Shown in pieces: positions 45,449 through 55,803 of a stretch of 64,000 nucleotides of DNA; positions within the stretch are counted from its first letter, which is position 1; every line of letters starts with the position of its first letter. The notes under the pieces are model-generated. The model saw only the letters and a program-made list of their open reading frames with translations, was not told where the DNA came from and made no database searches. Origin of the DNA: Geopsychrobacteraceae bacterium (GTDB taxonomy: Bacteria; Desulfobacterota; Desulfuromonadia; Desulfuromonadales; Geopsychrobacteraceae); the NCBI GenBank assembly GCA_963676795.2, contig CAXXTB010000002.1, positions 192,001 to 256,000 on the forward strand. The letters are read 5' to 3'. The translations under genes were made by a program, and so were the position numbers.

Positions 45449-47407
45449 TCACAGGGCTTCGATTCGATATTTCTTATATAAATCTATGATTTCAATGTTA
45501 TTGCCATATAGATGAAGGCATCTTCTTTTCAGCTCTTCCTGATGCTTGTCGGTTGACAAGACAATTGCATCAACAGTAGAGGGGGCAAAAGTTTCCAATT
45601 TTTGCGCTTTTTTATTGAACAAAAGTTTTTCGTTTTCGGGGGTGTCAAGAAGTACAGCTTCAATCTTTGGACATTCTAGCAAGAACAAATAATAAAAAGA
45701 CATTAGCCAATACGTATGGGTCGGATCGTTTCCGCAATATAGGGCTATTTTCCTGATATTTTTCGGGATCTTCAGGAATGAATCCGTCGCTGCTATCATC
45801 TTGTTGTAATCTTCAAGAATCTGATCATGCCCCTCTTTTTTGGAACGAGATTTTTGGAAAAGGAAAGCCAGATAACCATAATTTTTATATAGAATCCAGT
45901 TCTCAGATTCTGTCAATTTTCTAATATGATTTTGCATTTCTGGATTATGACGATGCCCCGTATTCAGCAGTATGTAGCCATTTTGGATTATTTTTTCTTC
46001 TAGTTCTGAAATATCGTCAACAACAGAGTTGGTATTGATAACTGCGAACTCTATGTCTTTCTCTTCTCGTTCGGAGTAGATTTTAATATTGTCAAAATTA
46101 TACTCTTTTGATGAAAAGTATCTTCTTATTTTTAATAAGTATTTATCGTCATTGGATAGATAATCAGAAGTATAAAACTTTGATTTAGTCATTAATATTG
46201 GTGTGAAAAATCCTGTCCCTAGCTCAAGAACAGAGGCATGATTGTAAGATAAAATTTCATCAACTTCATTCATTGCCGTTTGTACCCATTTTTGACTGCG
46301 AGTTTGGTTCATCAATAATGTGTTTCGTTTGAATGAAAACTCTGGAAGCTCTAATATATATTTTTTTACGCCCGATAAACATGAGATCTGTTTTAATGCG
46401 TAAGGGCAGGAACGCAGAGAAACTTTTGAGGGGCAAGTCGTGTAATTTTTTTTGTTAATAATATTATCTCTCATTTCTGAAATGAGTGGATTGGCTAAGA
46501 TGTCAGAAATGCTCTTTTCGTTCAGGTTTCCGATAGAAATTCCGGAAAAATTACATCCAAGCCTTACATCTCCTGTATGCTCAACCTGTATTTGGTTAAA
46601 TAAGTGATTACACTGACTATCCGAATAATCATAGCTCGGAGTCTGTATTTCAGAAAAGATAGGGGTCGAATTTAAGTCGAGAGAATATTGAGAATAATCA
46701 AAGATACATCCATGGGGTTGTAGAAGTTTTGAAACGGATTCCATCTCATTGCAGACTTGTTCTTTAAGCTTTTCGGGGATGTTGTTCTTGGAATAAAACT
46801 CTTTTTGTTCATTGCTTCCCAATACGGGCGGTCGGTATTCACGGACGAGGAGTACGTCCGCTTTTCCTGCTACCAATTCAATAAATTCATGCAACTTGCC
46901 TATTAATGGCCTTGTCATGACGAATGACACTTGAATTTTCGTTGCTATTTTAGACTTCAGCTGGCCTAATCGTGTCAATGCCTTTTGGGCTTTTCCAAAA
47001 TGATCGCGCCCGGAGATCTCTCGATAGAGTTCTTTGTTCGGGGCATTGATGCTGAAATTGACGACCGAAAAGAACCCCGCTTCCGCCTTTGAGAACCAAT
47101 AGTCGTTGAAAAGAGTGCCGTTAGTGACGAGATACATCCGGACTCCTTTGTTGTGGCGCTCAACAAGCTCAATAAAGTCTTTAATCCCTTTCCAGAGAAA
47201 AATTTCCCCACCGGCCGGTTGAATGATTTTAAGCTGACCCCTTTCAATGAGGGGACGCAGGTTTTCAAGAGCTTTCACCGAAATGTCAGATGCCGAAGCA
47301 TGATGAGGTTGCCAGCAGAACCCGCAGCGATTGTTGCAAAGAAAAGTTGCTTTTATCCCGAGGCAGCGAATGGCGTTGAGGTGTTTAAGTGCTTCAGATT
47401 CATTCAT
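45449..47407 (-). CDS. Radical SAM/SPASM-like protein with a long C-terminal extension
   Basis: CNNRCGFC, GGE, TNG; C...GDVRLGC...IGNL SPASM-like motif; VLELGTG further downstream. Confidence 0.8.
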   Translation of the reverse strand: MNESEALKHLNAIRCLGIKATFLCNNRCGFCWQPHHASASDISVKALENLRPLIERGQLKIIQPAGGEIFLWKGIKDFIELVERHNKGVRMYLVTNGTLFNDYWFSKAEAGFFSVVNFSINAPNKELYREISGRDHFGKAQKALTRLGQLKSKIATKIQVSFVMTRPLIGKLHEFIELVAGKADVLLVREYRPPVLGSNEQKEFYSKNNIPEKLKEQVCNEMESVSKLLQPHGCIFDYSQYSLDLNSTPIFSEIQTPSYDYSDSQCNHLFNQIQVEHTGDVRLGCNFSGISIGNLNEKSISDILANPLISEMRDNIINKKNYTTCPSKVSLRSCPYALKQISCLSGVKKYILELPEFSFKRNTLLMNQTRSQKWVQTAMNEVDEILSYNHASVLELGTGFFTPILMTKSKFYTSDYLSNDDKYLLKIRRYFSSKEYNFDNIKIYSEREEKDIEFAVINTNSVVDDISELEEKIIQNGYILLNTGHRHNPEMQNHIRKLTESENWILYKNYGYLAFLFQKSRSKKEGHDQILEDYNKMIAATDSFLKIPKNIRKIALYCGNDPTHTYWLMSFYYLFLLECPKIEAVLLDTPENEKLLFNKKAQKLETFAPSTVDAIVLSTDKHQEELKRRCLHLYGNNIEIIDLYKKYRIEAL

Positions 47408-48827
47408 TGACGACTCCAGCCGTTTTGAACAGATTCGAGAGTCTCGTCGAGTTGGCGAAAAGCTGTTCCAGGTTCAGGTCAGAGTGCTTCCTCCTGTACT
47501 GGGGAACGAAGGTATACAGCCAGGCCATGGCCAGGGCTTTGTAAAAATCGGTATCTGCAGCGTTCATCCAGGGTCTCAGTTTGAGGTCAATGCCATCTGT
47601 CGGGGGGATGGGTATGACTTCGACTCCGGAAAGGGAGTTGAAAGTAAAATCGATTTTATCACTGTAACAATTGCTTCCTGAATTGATAATCAGATCATTT
47701 GGCTGCGGAGCATAGAGATAAAACATTGACGAAGCATAGCCGGCGGATACTTTCCGGATTGAATTGGCCACTTTCAGACTCTCAAGGATGTCTTCGTCGT
47801 CTTCTCCGGGGAGACCGAACATGAAAGCGGTTACAAAGGTAACCTTACAGGAGGTCAGTTGCTCGATAAGCTGCAATGATTTGTCTATATCGATAGGTTT
47901 GTTAAGCAGATTGCGGATTTTCTTGGAGCCGGATTCGATACACATTGTGACATTGATTTTTTTGTCACAAATGATCTTCCTGACTGCAGGAGTGAAATTG
48001 CTGAGATGGCCGTATACCCTGGTGACATTGTAGCCTCTTTCTTCGCTTGTCCTGAGGATGTCCAGGGCCCTTTTCTCATTGATAAGAAAATTGTCGTCCA
48101 TGAAGGTGAAAGACGCGTTGCCGAACAGTTGGTGCCAATAATCCATTTCGGCAATGACGGACTCACTGCTGCGTAACAGGTAGCGCCCCTGGTTTGTGAA
48201 CGTATTGTAGCAAAACGAGCATTTATAGGGGCAGCCACGGGAAGAAATCAGAGGTACGGTCTTGCTGTGATCAACCCCTTTACGCCAGAGATCAAGCCGG
48301 ATTCGGGGCATATCGTCTAGATTTTCGGACAGTCTGTGAATTTCTCCCTGTTTGTAGCTGTCATCCGGCATGATCAGACTGATGTGGGGATGTTCCTGGA
48401 GTTTGATGCCGTTGTTTTCCTGTAGGTGTCCTGCCAGCTCGACGACTGACCGTTCTCCTGGCCCCATGACAACATAATCTGCTCCGCCTTCCCTGAGGCA
48501 GATCTCTGGAAGGGCAGAAGCGATAGGCCCTCCCCAGACGATGGGAATGTTGCGATGTGAGTTTTTTATGCGCTTGGTCAATTCTATGGTGTTCGCAATG
48601 TTTTCTCCCAGATAAACCGAGAATCCTATAAACAGAATGTCGTCACATAGCGCTTCTTCCAGAATTTTCAGATAATCGGTTTCAAGCTGTGGGTCGACAA
48701 ACAGCACATCGTAGCCTGCTTCGCAGAGAGATGAAGCAATAGAAAGAATGCCAAGCGGTGGGCCGAAATTTGAAAATTCACGGGCCAGTTGAGTAAATGA
48801 TGAATTTATAAGTATGATTTTTGACAT
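47400..48827 (-). CDS. Cobalamin-binding radical SAM protein
   Basis: PPLGILSIAS, IVWGG, GPGE, SRGCPYKCSFC, DDNF, IESGS, FMFGLPGE. Confidence 0.9.
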   Translation of the reverse strand: MSKIILINSSFTQLAREFSNFGPPLGILSIASSLCEAGYDVLFVDPQLETDYLKILEEALCDDILFIGFSVYLGENIANTIELTKRIKNSHRNIPIVWGGPIASALPEICLREGGADYVVMGPGERSVVELAGHLQENNGIKLQEHPHISLIMPDDSYKQGEIHRLSENLDDMPRIRLDLWRKGVDHSKTVPLISSRGCPYKCSFCYNTFTNQGRYLLRSSESVIAEMDYWHQLFGNASFTFMDDNFLINEKRALDILRTSEERGYNVTRVYGHLSNFTPAVRKIICDKKINVTMCIESGSKKIRNLLNKPIDIDKSLQLIEQLTSCKVTFVTAFMFGLPGEDDEDILESLKVANSIRKVSAGYASSMFYLYAPQPNDLIINSGSNCYSDKIDFTFNSLSGVEVIPIPPTDGIDLKLRPWMNAADTDFYKALAMAWLYTFVPQYRRKHSDLNLEQLFANSTRLSNLFKTAGVVNE

Positions 48828-49009
48828 ATTCTTGTCTCTCTTACAATCGCAGTGGTGGTGGCTCTTCCCGGAGGGTTACTTGCTGCTTATGTGTCTTGCC
48901 CCGATCATTTTTTTCCCTGATAGAAACGGATTTCCTGAGCTGGGGAAACTTCGTGTCATGATGATGTCTGCAAGAGTATGAGCTGCACAAAAACAGTTTA
49001 GAATCCCTT

Positions 49010-50158
49010 TTATCCCAAAATAATGTCTAAGTTCTTTCTTGGAAAGATTTCCAGTTTTCCGCCCCGTGTTGCATTGAAAATTTTTCCACCATTGTCTTCA
49101 AAACATTTTTTTGCTTTTTGAAACGGCGGTTCATGGAGATGCAGGTTTGGCATATTCCATAGTTCTCCTTGTGGGCGGTAGTCGGGATGAAAATGATTTT
49201 GTTCCCCGGAAGCAATTAATTGGCCTGCTGCATTCGTCCGGGTAGGAACGTCAAATGAAAAATCGACTCCGAGCAGGTACAGTTCCCTGATGCCCATGAT
49301 AAAAGCCATTTGAATCATGGAGTAGGTAACGGTTGCCCCCCAATGCAGACCATTGATGAAATTCGTACCGAAACCGGGTTGATACGGGTAATACTTTTCA
49401 ACAATATCAAAGAAAATAAGCTGGTTGTCTGTCGGCGGTGGGCAGCAATCAAGATAAAAAGGAAAAAATTTCACTGGTCCCTTCAGTGCGTTGATCTGTT
49501 TCTGGTTGTTCCTCATGACCAGGTGGTCCACCACGCTGTAGTAGGTCGGGCGCCAGTCGGTTTGTTCGAAGGCGAGGTAAATTTTGTTGGATGCAAAGGT
49601 GATTTCATTTTTCAGTTTGTTCAGGTCCTCGATGGATAAGCTGGGACCATTCCCCAGAACAAAGGCACGTTCGCCTTTGTGTATGCTCTGAAGGTTGGTC
49701 AGTCTCTCGTCGTTTTCCGACCAGAGCGTTTCCCATGTCGATCTACTGGTCAGGTCAGAGCGGTCGCTTTCTTTGGTGTGCCTTAGCTTCATCGCTTGAA
49801 CGAGAGGTATTGATTCGGCGTGGAAATGTTCCAGCACCATCTGGCCGCGTGTTTCAAATTCGCTCGAGGATTGGGCTATTGGATCTAATTTGCTCCATTG
49901 AAGAACGGCTTTGGCAATTTTGTGTTCTGGTGAGGAAGTCAGACACAACTGGGCGAATTTTATCGCTTCTTGATCATTTCCGTTCAAAAAGTTAAGCAAG
50001 GCGAGGTGATACAGTACTGACGCCAAGTCTTTTGGGTTGCGGCGCAACTCCTTGAATTCAAGTGTCTGCTCAAAGGAGCTTATTGCTTTCGTAATCTCCA
50101 GGCGACTTTCATAAAATCGTGCCCTGAAATTTAGATACGCCAAACTGTTTGAATGCAT
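49010..50158 (-). CDS. TPR + DUF115/MptE-like (Maf-related) protein
   Basis: N-terminal TPR-like helices; GERAFVLGNGPSL, YLLGVDF, NHFHPDY, IFNATRGG. Confidence 0.8.
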   Translation of the reverse strand: MHSNSLAYLNFRARFYESRLEITKAISSFEQTLEFKELRRNPKDLASVLYHLALLNFLNGNDQEAIKFAQLCLTSSPEHKIAKAVLQWSKLDPIAQSSSEFETRGQMVLEHFHAESIPLVQAMKLRHTKESDRSDLTSRSTWETLWSENDERLTNLQSIHKGERAFVLGNGPSLSIEDLNKLKNEITFASNKIYLAFEQTDWRPTYYSVVDHLVMRNNQKQINALKGPVKFFPFYLDCCPPPTDNQLIFFDIVEKYYPYQPGFGTNFINGLHWGATVTYSMIQMAFIMGIRELYLLGVDFSFDVPTRTNAAGQLIASGEQNHFHPDYRPQGELWNMPNLHLHEPPFQKAKKCFEDNGGKIFNATRGGKLEIFPRKNLDIILG

Positions 50159-50166
50159 GTTTTATC

Positions 50167-51300
50167 TCAATCGACAGGTTTCAAGATGGCCCTTAAGGGC
50201 GCCCATGTGCACCGCATTTCTCCGTGCGTACCATTGTCCAGACAGGTGATATTGTGGGCCGGATCGGCATAGTGTTTCTTAAGGGTCGCAGCGTGTTCGA
50301 AAGCGGAAAGCGCCTTGGCATAATGGTGGTGCCTTGAAAAAACAACCCCCAGGTTATTGTAAGCTGCAGCGTTGTCGGGAGAAAACGACAGGCACTTTTC
50401 GTAAGCTAGTTCGGCATCATGCAACCTGCTGTCAAGTATATGGATATTGCCCAGGAAAAAGTAGAGCAGCGGGTCATTGTACCCATCTGTAATTAGTTCA
50501 TTGAAGAGTGTCTGGGCCTCGTCGAGCTTTTCCATGCGAAACAGCACGCGGGCAAAGGCAAACTTGGCGTTCTCCTGATTTGGGTAGGTTGCTCTCAGGG
50601 CCTGGTAAATGGTTTTTGTGGAGTGCTTTTTTAAGGCTTTCAACTCATTGAGCCGCTGTCCTTTCCGATTGCGACTAATGTTTTCACTGTGAAGTCTGTA
50701 GAAAAGCAACGGCTCGTCAATGTAGGCAATGGCCCACTGTGTTCCGATTCGCAACCAAAGATCATATTCTTCATTGAATGAGAGGTCTTCATCGAAGCCT
50801 CCAACATTCAGGAGAATGTCTCTACGCAGCATGGTTGCTGATGTCGAGCCGATTTGATTTCTTTCAAAGAGCTTTCCGAGAAACCCTTTTGGGGTGAACT
50901 CCGGGCAACGGATCACATCGCCAGTAAATTTTGCATTTGAGTCAATGTAACTCATTGCGCAGAAAACCATGGCCGATGCCTGATGTGTATCAAGAATGGT
51001 CTTTTGTTTTTCTAGCCGCTCGGGATGGGCAATATCGTCGCAATCCAGAAATGCGATGAATTCTCCAGTAGCTTTTCTGATGCCTATGTTCCGTGCTGCG
51101 GATGCGCCTACACCTGATGTTCTGTAAGCTGTAATTGCATCATTGTAACGATCCAGGATTTCTGCAGTTGTGTCTGTTGATCCATCATCAATGACAATAA
51201 TTTCATCGGGAACGGCTGATTGGCGAAGAAGACTATCAATTGCTTCTCCAACAAAACGTTCACCGTTTTTGACGGGGATAATTACACTGCATGTTGACAT
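50167..51300 (-). CDS. Glycosyltransferase family 2 with C-terminal TPRs
   Basis: SVIIP, IDDGSTD, ARNIG, FLDCDD, EYDLWLR; AAAYNNLGV TPR. Confidence 0.9.
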   Translation of the reverse strand: MSTCSVIIPVKNGERFVGEAIDSLLRQSAVPDEIIVIDDGSTDTTAEILDRYNDAITAYRTSGVGASAARNIGIRKATGEFIAFLDCDDIAHPERLEKQKTILDTHQASAMVFCAMSYIDSNAKFTGDVIRCPEFTPKGFLGKLFERNQIGSTSATMLRRDILLNVGGFDEDLSFNEEYDLWLRIGTQWAIAYIDEPLLFYRLHSENISRNRKGQRLNELKALKKHSTKTIYQALRATYPNQENAKFAFARVLFRMEKLDEAQTLFNELITDGYNDPLLYFFLGNIHILDSRLHDAELAYEKCLSFSPDNAAAYNNLGVVFSRHHHYAKALSAFEHAATLKKHYADPAHNITCLDNGTHGEMRCTWAPLRAILKPVD

Positions 51301-51376
51301 ACGGCCTCATGATTGCATGCGCTAAATCTTAGCTGAATGACTATCTGTTGAATTTTTTTTATGCCGAATATTATGT

Positions 51377-52330
51377 TTACACTTTATTCTGAATTAATTC
51401 ACTCAGTTCGGATTGCGCTTTTGCGTGATAAGGGTACAGGTGAATGCAATTCTCCAGGTGCGACTGTTTTCCTTCTATCCTGTAGAGGTGATAATAGGCG
51501 CTTCCCGCCCGCCAATCGTCAGGGCAGTTCGCAATGATTTCTCTTAAAATTCTGACGGAAGTCTCTGGGGCTGTTGCCAGGAGTAACGTTGCTTCGTTAT
51601 AGAGTTTTTCCCAGTTGACTGCCTCTGCCAACGAAGCATAGTTCTTCAGTTCGGGGTTTTCGTAAAGAGAACCTGCTGTGAAGCTTTGCCATTTTTGTTG
51701 GAAAAAGGAGTCGTCGATATTTTGAAGCTTACGGAAATCTTTGTTCGTCGACATATAGTCCCCCTGAATGTGAATGACATCCAGATTCAGAGCGCAGGCA
51801 ACTTTTTCCCCCTGTTTCCAGGCTTGGAGGCAGATGTCGGAGTCATGTTGGTATTTACTGAAGCTCTTGTCGAAAAAAAAACGCTCTGGCTCAGTAACTA
51901 ACATGACAGCGCTGCTCAGTGCCGGAACATAAGCATAAATTCCGTTGTTTGCGACTGTCGAGCGCATCATCGCTGTTGTTGCATTTTTATAGACCAATAT
52001 CCCCCTGTGATTAATCTCTCCGCCTGCAAAAGTGTGTGAGCAGCCGACGATCGAGGCGTTACTGATGCGTGCTGTTTCTATCAGTTTGCTGATCCAGTCT
52101 CTGTCTCCGATAAAAACATCATCATCCAGAAAAATAATAGATTTCGACTCTGCGGTTCTAAGAAAGCTGTCCATAGTCACTGCATGGCGGAAGTCAGCGT
52201 CGTAACAATTGTCGATGACCAACAGTTCTGCCCTGCTAAGATCGGAGTTTTTCAGATGGTTAATGGCTTTTCTGGTTACGGGCCGATTGATGTCGGGGGT
52301 ACACAGAATAATTCGAACATCCTTCATCAT
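51377..52330 (-). CDS. GT-A fold glycosyltransferase (GT2-like) with a helical C-terminus
   Basis: VIDN, IFLDDD, DSDIC; ATG overlaps the upstream stop codon. Confidence 0.7.
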   Translation of the reverse strand: MMKDVRIILCTPDINRPVTRKAINHLKNSDLSRAELLVIDNCYDADFRHAVTMDSFLRTAESKSIIFLDDDVFIGDRDWISKLIETARISNASIVGCSHTFAGGEINHRGILVYKNATTAMMRSTVANNGIYAYVPALSSAVMLVTEPERFFFDKSFSKYQHDSDICLQAWKQGEKVACALNLDVIHIQGDYMSTNKDFRKLQNIDDSFFQQKWQSFTAGSLYENPELKNYASLAEAVNWEKLYNEATLLLATAPETSVRILREIIANCPDDWRAGSAYYHLYRIEGKQSHLENCIHLYPYHAKAQSELSELIQNKV

Positions 52331-53292
52331 TGAGCCTTTAAGGATGAACCGTCGGAGCTCAGCAGTGCAGCAAAGTAAGCTATGGTTTTCTCCAGCCCTT
52401 GTTCCAGGTTGATCGTCGGTTGCCATTCAAGGAGCTTCTCGGCTAAAGCGATGACGGGTTGTCTCTGTTTGGGGTCATCGTTGGGCAAAGGATGAAAAAC
52501 TATCTGCGACTTCGAAGCGGTCATCTCTATGATCTTTTTTGCCAGTTCCAGAATGGTAAATTCAGTTGGGTTGCCCAGATTAACCGGTCCGGTAATATCC
52601 TTGCCGGTCTTCATTAATTTGATGAGACCCTCAATGAGGTCATCGACATAGCAAAAGGAGCGGGTCTGGGTACCGTCGCCGAAGATGGTGATCGGTTCTC
52701 CTTTCAATGCTTGTACGATGAAGTTGCTGACGACCCGGCCATCGTTGGTGTGCATGCGTGGCCCGTAGGTATTAAAGATTCTGGCGACTTTGATTTGCAA
52801 TTTATGCTGTCGGAAATAGTCAAAGAACAGGGTCTCGGCACAGCGTTTTCCTTCGTCATAACAGGCTCTGATGCCGATCGGGTTGACTTGCCCCCAGTAG
52901 CTTTCCGGTTGAGGGTGGATCTCCGGGTCTCCATAGACTTCGCTGGTTGATGCCTGCAGGATCTTGGCCTTAACCCGTTTAGCCAGACCCAGCATATTGA
53001 TTGCACCGTGGACACTTGTCTTGGTTGTCTGCACGGGGTCGAACTGATAGTGGATTGGCGATGCCGGGCAGGCAAGGTTATAGATTTCGTCGACTTCGAT
53101 GTACAGCGGAAAGGTGACATCGTGGCGAAGAAACTCAAAATCGGGGTTTGAAAGTAAATGTGCTATATTTTTTTTACTTCCGGTAAAACAATTATCGGCG
53201 CAGATGACTTCATGTTTTTGTTCGAGAAGCTTTTCGCATAAATGACTCCCCAGGAAACCTGCTCCTCCGGTGATTAAAATCCGTTTTGACAT
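52327..53292 (-). CDS. UDP-glucuronate decarboxylase (UDP-xylose synthase)
   Basis: [51 protein letters not shown]. Confidence 0.93.
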   Translation of the reverse strand: MSKRILITGGAGFLGSHLCEKLLEQKHEVICADNCFTGSKKNIAHLLSNPDFEFLRHDVTFPLYIEVDEIYNLACPASPIHYQFDPVQTTKTSVHGAINMLGLAKRVKAKILQASTSEVYGDPEIHPQPESYWGQVNPIGIRACYDEGKRCAETLFFDYFRQHKLQIKVARIFNTYGPRMHTNDGRVVSNFIVQALKGEPITIFGDGTQTRSFCYVDDLIEGLIKLMKTGKDITGPVNLGNPTEFTILELAKKIIEMTASKSQIVFHPLPNDDPKQRQPVIALAEKLLEWQPTINLEQGLEKTIAYFAALLSSDGSSLKAQ

Positions 53293-53323
53293 GAATGCAT
53301 CTCATCCTTTCGCAAATAGGGGG

Positions 53324-54373
53324 TCACAGGATATCCTCCTTGCATAGAGGAGTTCCTTTTTTCAGATTCTTACGCGCTCTTTTTCCGAGGACGTTAGTTA
53401 ATTCTGCAGGTGGCAGGCCTGTAGCGGGGCGAATAGACCTGATATTGCCGAGGGTAAGCTCTTCGCCAATTTTGATGTCTTCAACAACAAACAAGGAACG
53501 GCGAAATTTAAGGCTTTCCCGTTCACTCGGGAGGGGGCCATAGTGAACTGTTCCCAGAATCTGTTCGGTGTCGCGAACCGCCTGAACGAGTGTTTTGAAT
53601 TCAGCAGGTTCGAGTGAAAATGCGGCATCAGGGCTAGGGTCTCTGCGGTTCAGAGTCAAATGCTTTTCAATAATGCAGGCCCCGAGGCCGACGGCAAAGA
53701 CTGGGACATCCCAACCGAGAGTGTGATCAGAGAGTCCGATAGGGACCTGGAAACGCTGGGCCATGTCGCAAATGGTTCTCAGGTTCATATCGCTTGCAGG
53801 TGCCGGATAGGCGCTGCAACATTTGAGAAGGGCAATCTGTGTCGCTCCTGCATGTCTGGCAGCGTTCAGTGCTTCTTCGATTTCATCGATAGTCGCCATG
53901 CCAGTCGAGAGAATCAGGGGTTTTCCCGTGGCGGCGACTTTATTTATCAGCGGGATATCGACGATCTCAAAAGAGGCGATCTTGTAGGCCGGAACGTCCA
54001 TCTTTTCAAGAAAGTTGACGGCCGTGTGATCAAATGGTGAAGAGAACAGATCTATACCGATTTCGTCAGCGAATTGTTTCAGTTTCGGTTGCCACTCCCA
54101 GGGGGTATAGGCTTTTTCATAGAGTTGATAGAGCTTTTGTCCAGCCCAGATGGACTCTTCACTGTGGGTAAAGCTGGCACTTGAGACATCAATAGTGAGA
54201 GTATCCGGAGTGTAGGTCTGCAACTTGACAGCATCAGCCCCTGCGTCTCTGGCCGCTTTGACAAGCTCTACCGCAGTGGCGTAGTCCTGTCTGTGGTTGG
54301 CTGAGAGTTCTGCAATGATATAACAGGGGGTGCCTGTTCCGATTTTCCGATTATTGATAGTGATAAATGGCAT
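53324..54373 (-). CDS. pseI: Pseudaminic acid synthase PseI (NeuB family)
   Basis: IIAELSANH, KLQTYT, TPWEW, KIASFE, SDHTLG, IEKH, RRSL and SAF domain. Confidence 0.92.
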   Translation of the reverse strand: MPFITINNRKIGTGTPCYIIAELSANHRQDYATAVELVKAARDAGADAVKLQTYTPDTLTIDVSSASFTHSEESIWAGQKLYQLYEKAYTPWEWQPKLKQFADEIGIDLFSSPFDHTAVNFLEKMDVPAYKIASFEIVDIPLINKVAATGKPLILSTGMATIDEIEEALNAARHAGATQIALLKCCSAYPAPASDMNLRTICDMAQRFQVPIGLSDHTLGWDVPVFAVGLGACIIEKHLTLNRRDPSPDAAFSLEPAEFKTLVQAVRDTEQILGTVHYGPLPSERESLKFRRSLFVVEDIKIGEELTLGNIRSIRPATGLPPAELTNVLGKRARKNLKKGTPLCKEDIL

Positions 54374-54421
54374 AAGACTGCACAATCTCTGTTTTTAATA
54401 ATTAAATTGATTTATACCATT

Positions 54422-55543
54422 TTAAACCAATTGCTGATAATTTTTTTCGCCAAAATCAATGATCTGCAGGCGCTGTCCCGGGTTGAGAGTCAGGTCATTG
54501 TCACATGCCCGTTCAATCAGGGCAGTCAATGAGGTGGCGAAATCGTTATCCTCCCAGGCTAAATATCCGGGCAGATCAAACATCTGGTATACCCCTTGAG
54601 TTTTCGGGGTATTGCTCGGAAATGAGATGCAGGGGACGGCGAGTGACAGTGCCGCAATGCTGTAGTGAAAACGCCCGGAAATCAGGGCCCTTGCACTGGC
54701 GATCATTTGACACCAATTTTCGAAGTCATGAGCTTGGATGATTTCCAGTTTCATGCCGTTGCGTTGCATTTCATCAAGGATCACCTGGTCTTCAGGGGCG
54801 GGATCCGCCTTGGCTCCGGTCAGGAAGGTGAAGGAGAATTTTTTCTGATAGGTCTGCAAGACCTCGCAGATGACAGGAATCTGTCGTGCTTGAAATGAAA
54901 TTCCGCCGGAAAGAACGATCCTATTCTTCTCGATTCCCTGATTGCGCAGATCGAGCAGCCCCATTCTGCCGATAAACAGTGGCAAACTGTCAAATCCCTG
55001 CCTGAACGTTAATTGTGCACGTTCGTAAAAGCTGGCTGAGAGTGGTTCGCGGATGACGGTATCGATGAGCCCGGACAGAGCGGTCTGGTAGAGCAGGTCT
55101 ATGTCGCTATGCTGCATGTCTCCTCCGGGAAAGCATGAGTGATTTACCAGGTATGTCGGCTTGTTCAGGATGCGGCTGGCCAGGAAGATCATGTAGAGTA
55201 AGGAGATCGAACCCTGCGACAGGTGGTGCAGGGTTCCTTCCCCGTTGACGACGACGATATCCGCCTCCTGTAAACTGGCAAAGGTTGCAGGATTGCGTTC
55301 TATGAAGTGACTGACAAATTTGGGATCAATGAATTCCTCGCCGTTTTGGGGATAGCCGTTGAGTCTGTGGGTTACCTTGACGCTCAGGTAGTTGGGACAG
55401 TATCCGTACTCCAGAAGACGATGATAAATCTCGTAAGCGGTGCCGTAGCAACCGTAGTGGTAGGAGTTTCCGGTGAAGTTGAGGATAAGGGCATTTTTCA
55501 TGGTTGTTCCAACCTCCTGAAGAGTTTGACCGGTAGCACTCAC
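54422..55543 (-). CDS. Polysaccharide pyruvyl transferase family protein
   Basis: YHYGC, VNGEGTLH, REPLS, SGRFH, SNTPK. Confidence 0.72.
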   Translation of the reverse strand: MSATGQTLQEVGTTMKNALILNFTGNSYHYGCYGTAYEIYHRLLEYGYCPNYLSVKVTHRLNGYPQNGEEFIDPKFVSHFIERNPATFASLQEADIVVVNGEGTLHHLSQGSISLLYMIFLASRILNKPTYLVNHSCFPGGDMQHSDIDLLYQTALSGLIDTVIREPLSASFYERAQLTFRQGFDSLPLFIGRMGLLDLRNQGIEKNRIVLSGGISFQARQIPVICEVLQTYQKKFSFTFLTGAKADPAPEDQVILDEMQRNGMKLEIIQAHDFENWCQMIASARALISGRFHYSIAALSLAVPCISFPSNTPKTQGVYQMFDLPGYLAWEDNDFATSLTALIERACDNDLTLNPGQRLQIIDFGEKNYQQLV

Positions 55544-55803
55544 TGTTTGATCAAGGGGGAAAGCTTATATTCCATAAGATCGGCAGCCCAGGAAAAATCT
55601 TTACGTGCGACTGCCGCAAGAATTTCTTCCAGAAGCGGTGCCATCTGCAGCATCGCCTCCATCTCCAGCTGTGTCAAAAGCTTGCTTAGACTGTCGATCA
55701 GGAGCGTCAGGTTTTCATGAGCTGTGCCTTCCTGGCCACAGCGGAATGCCGAAACTGTCAGGTCGAGATGGTTTTCCAATGTCTTATTGTTTGGCTGGAT
55801 CAC
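55540..55803 (-). CDS. Small helical hypothetical protein
   Basis: Coupled to both neighbours; C-terminal KDFSWAADLMEYKL. Confidence 0.6.
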   Translation of the reverse strand: MIQPNNKTLENHLDLTVSAFRCGQEGTAHENLTLLIDSLSKLLTQLEMEAMLQMAPLLEEILAAVARKDFSWAADLMEYKLSPLIKQ

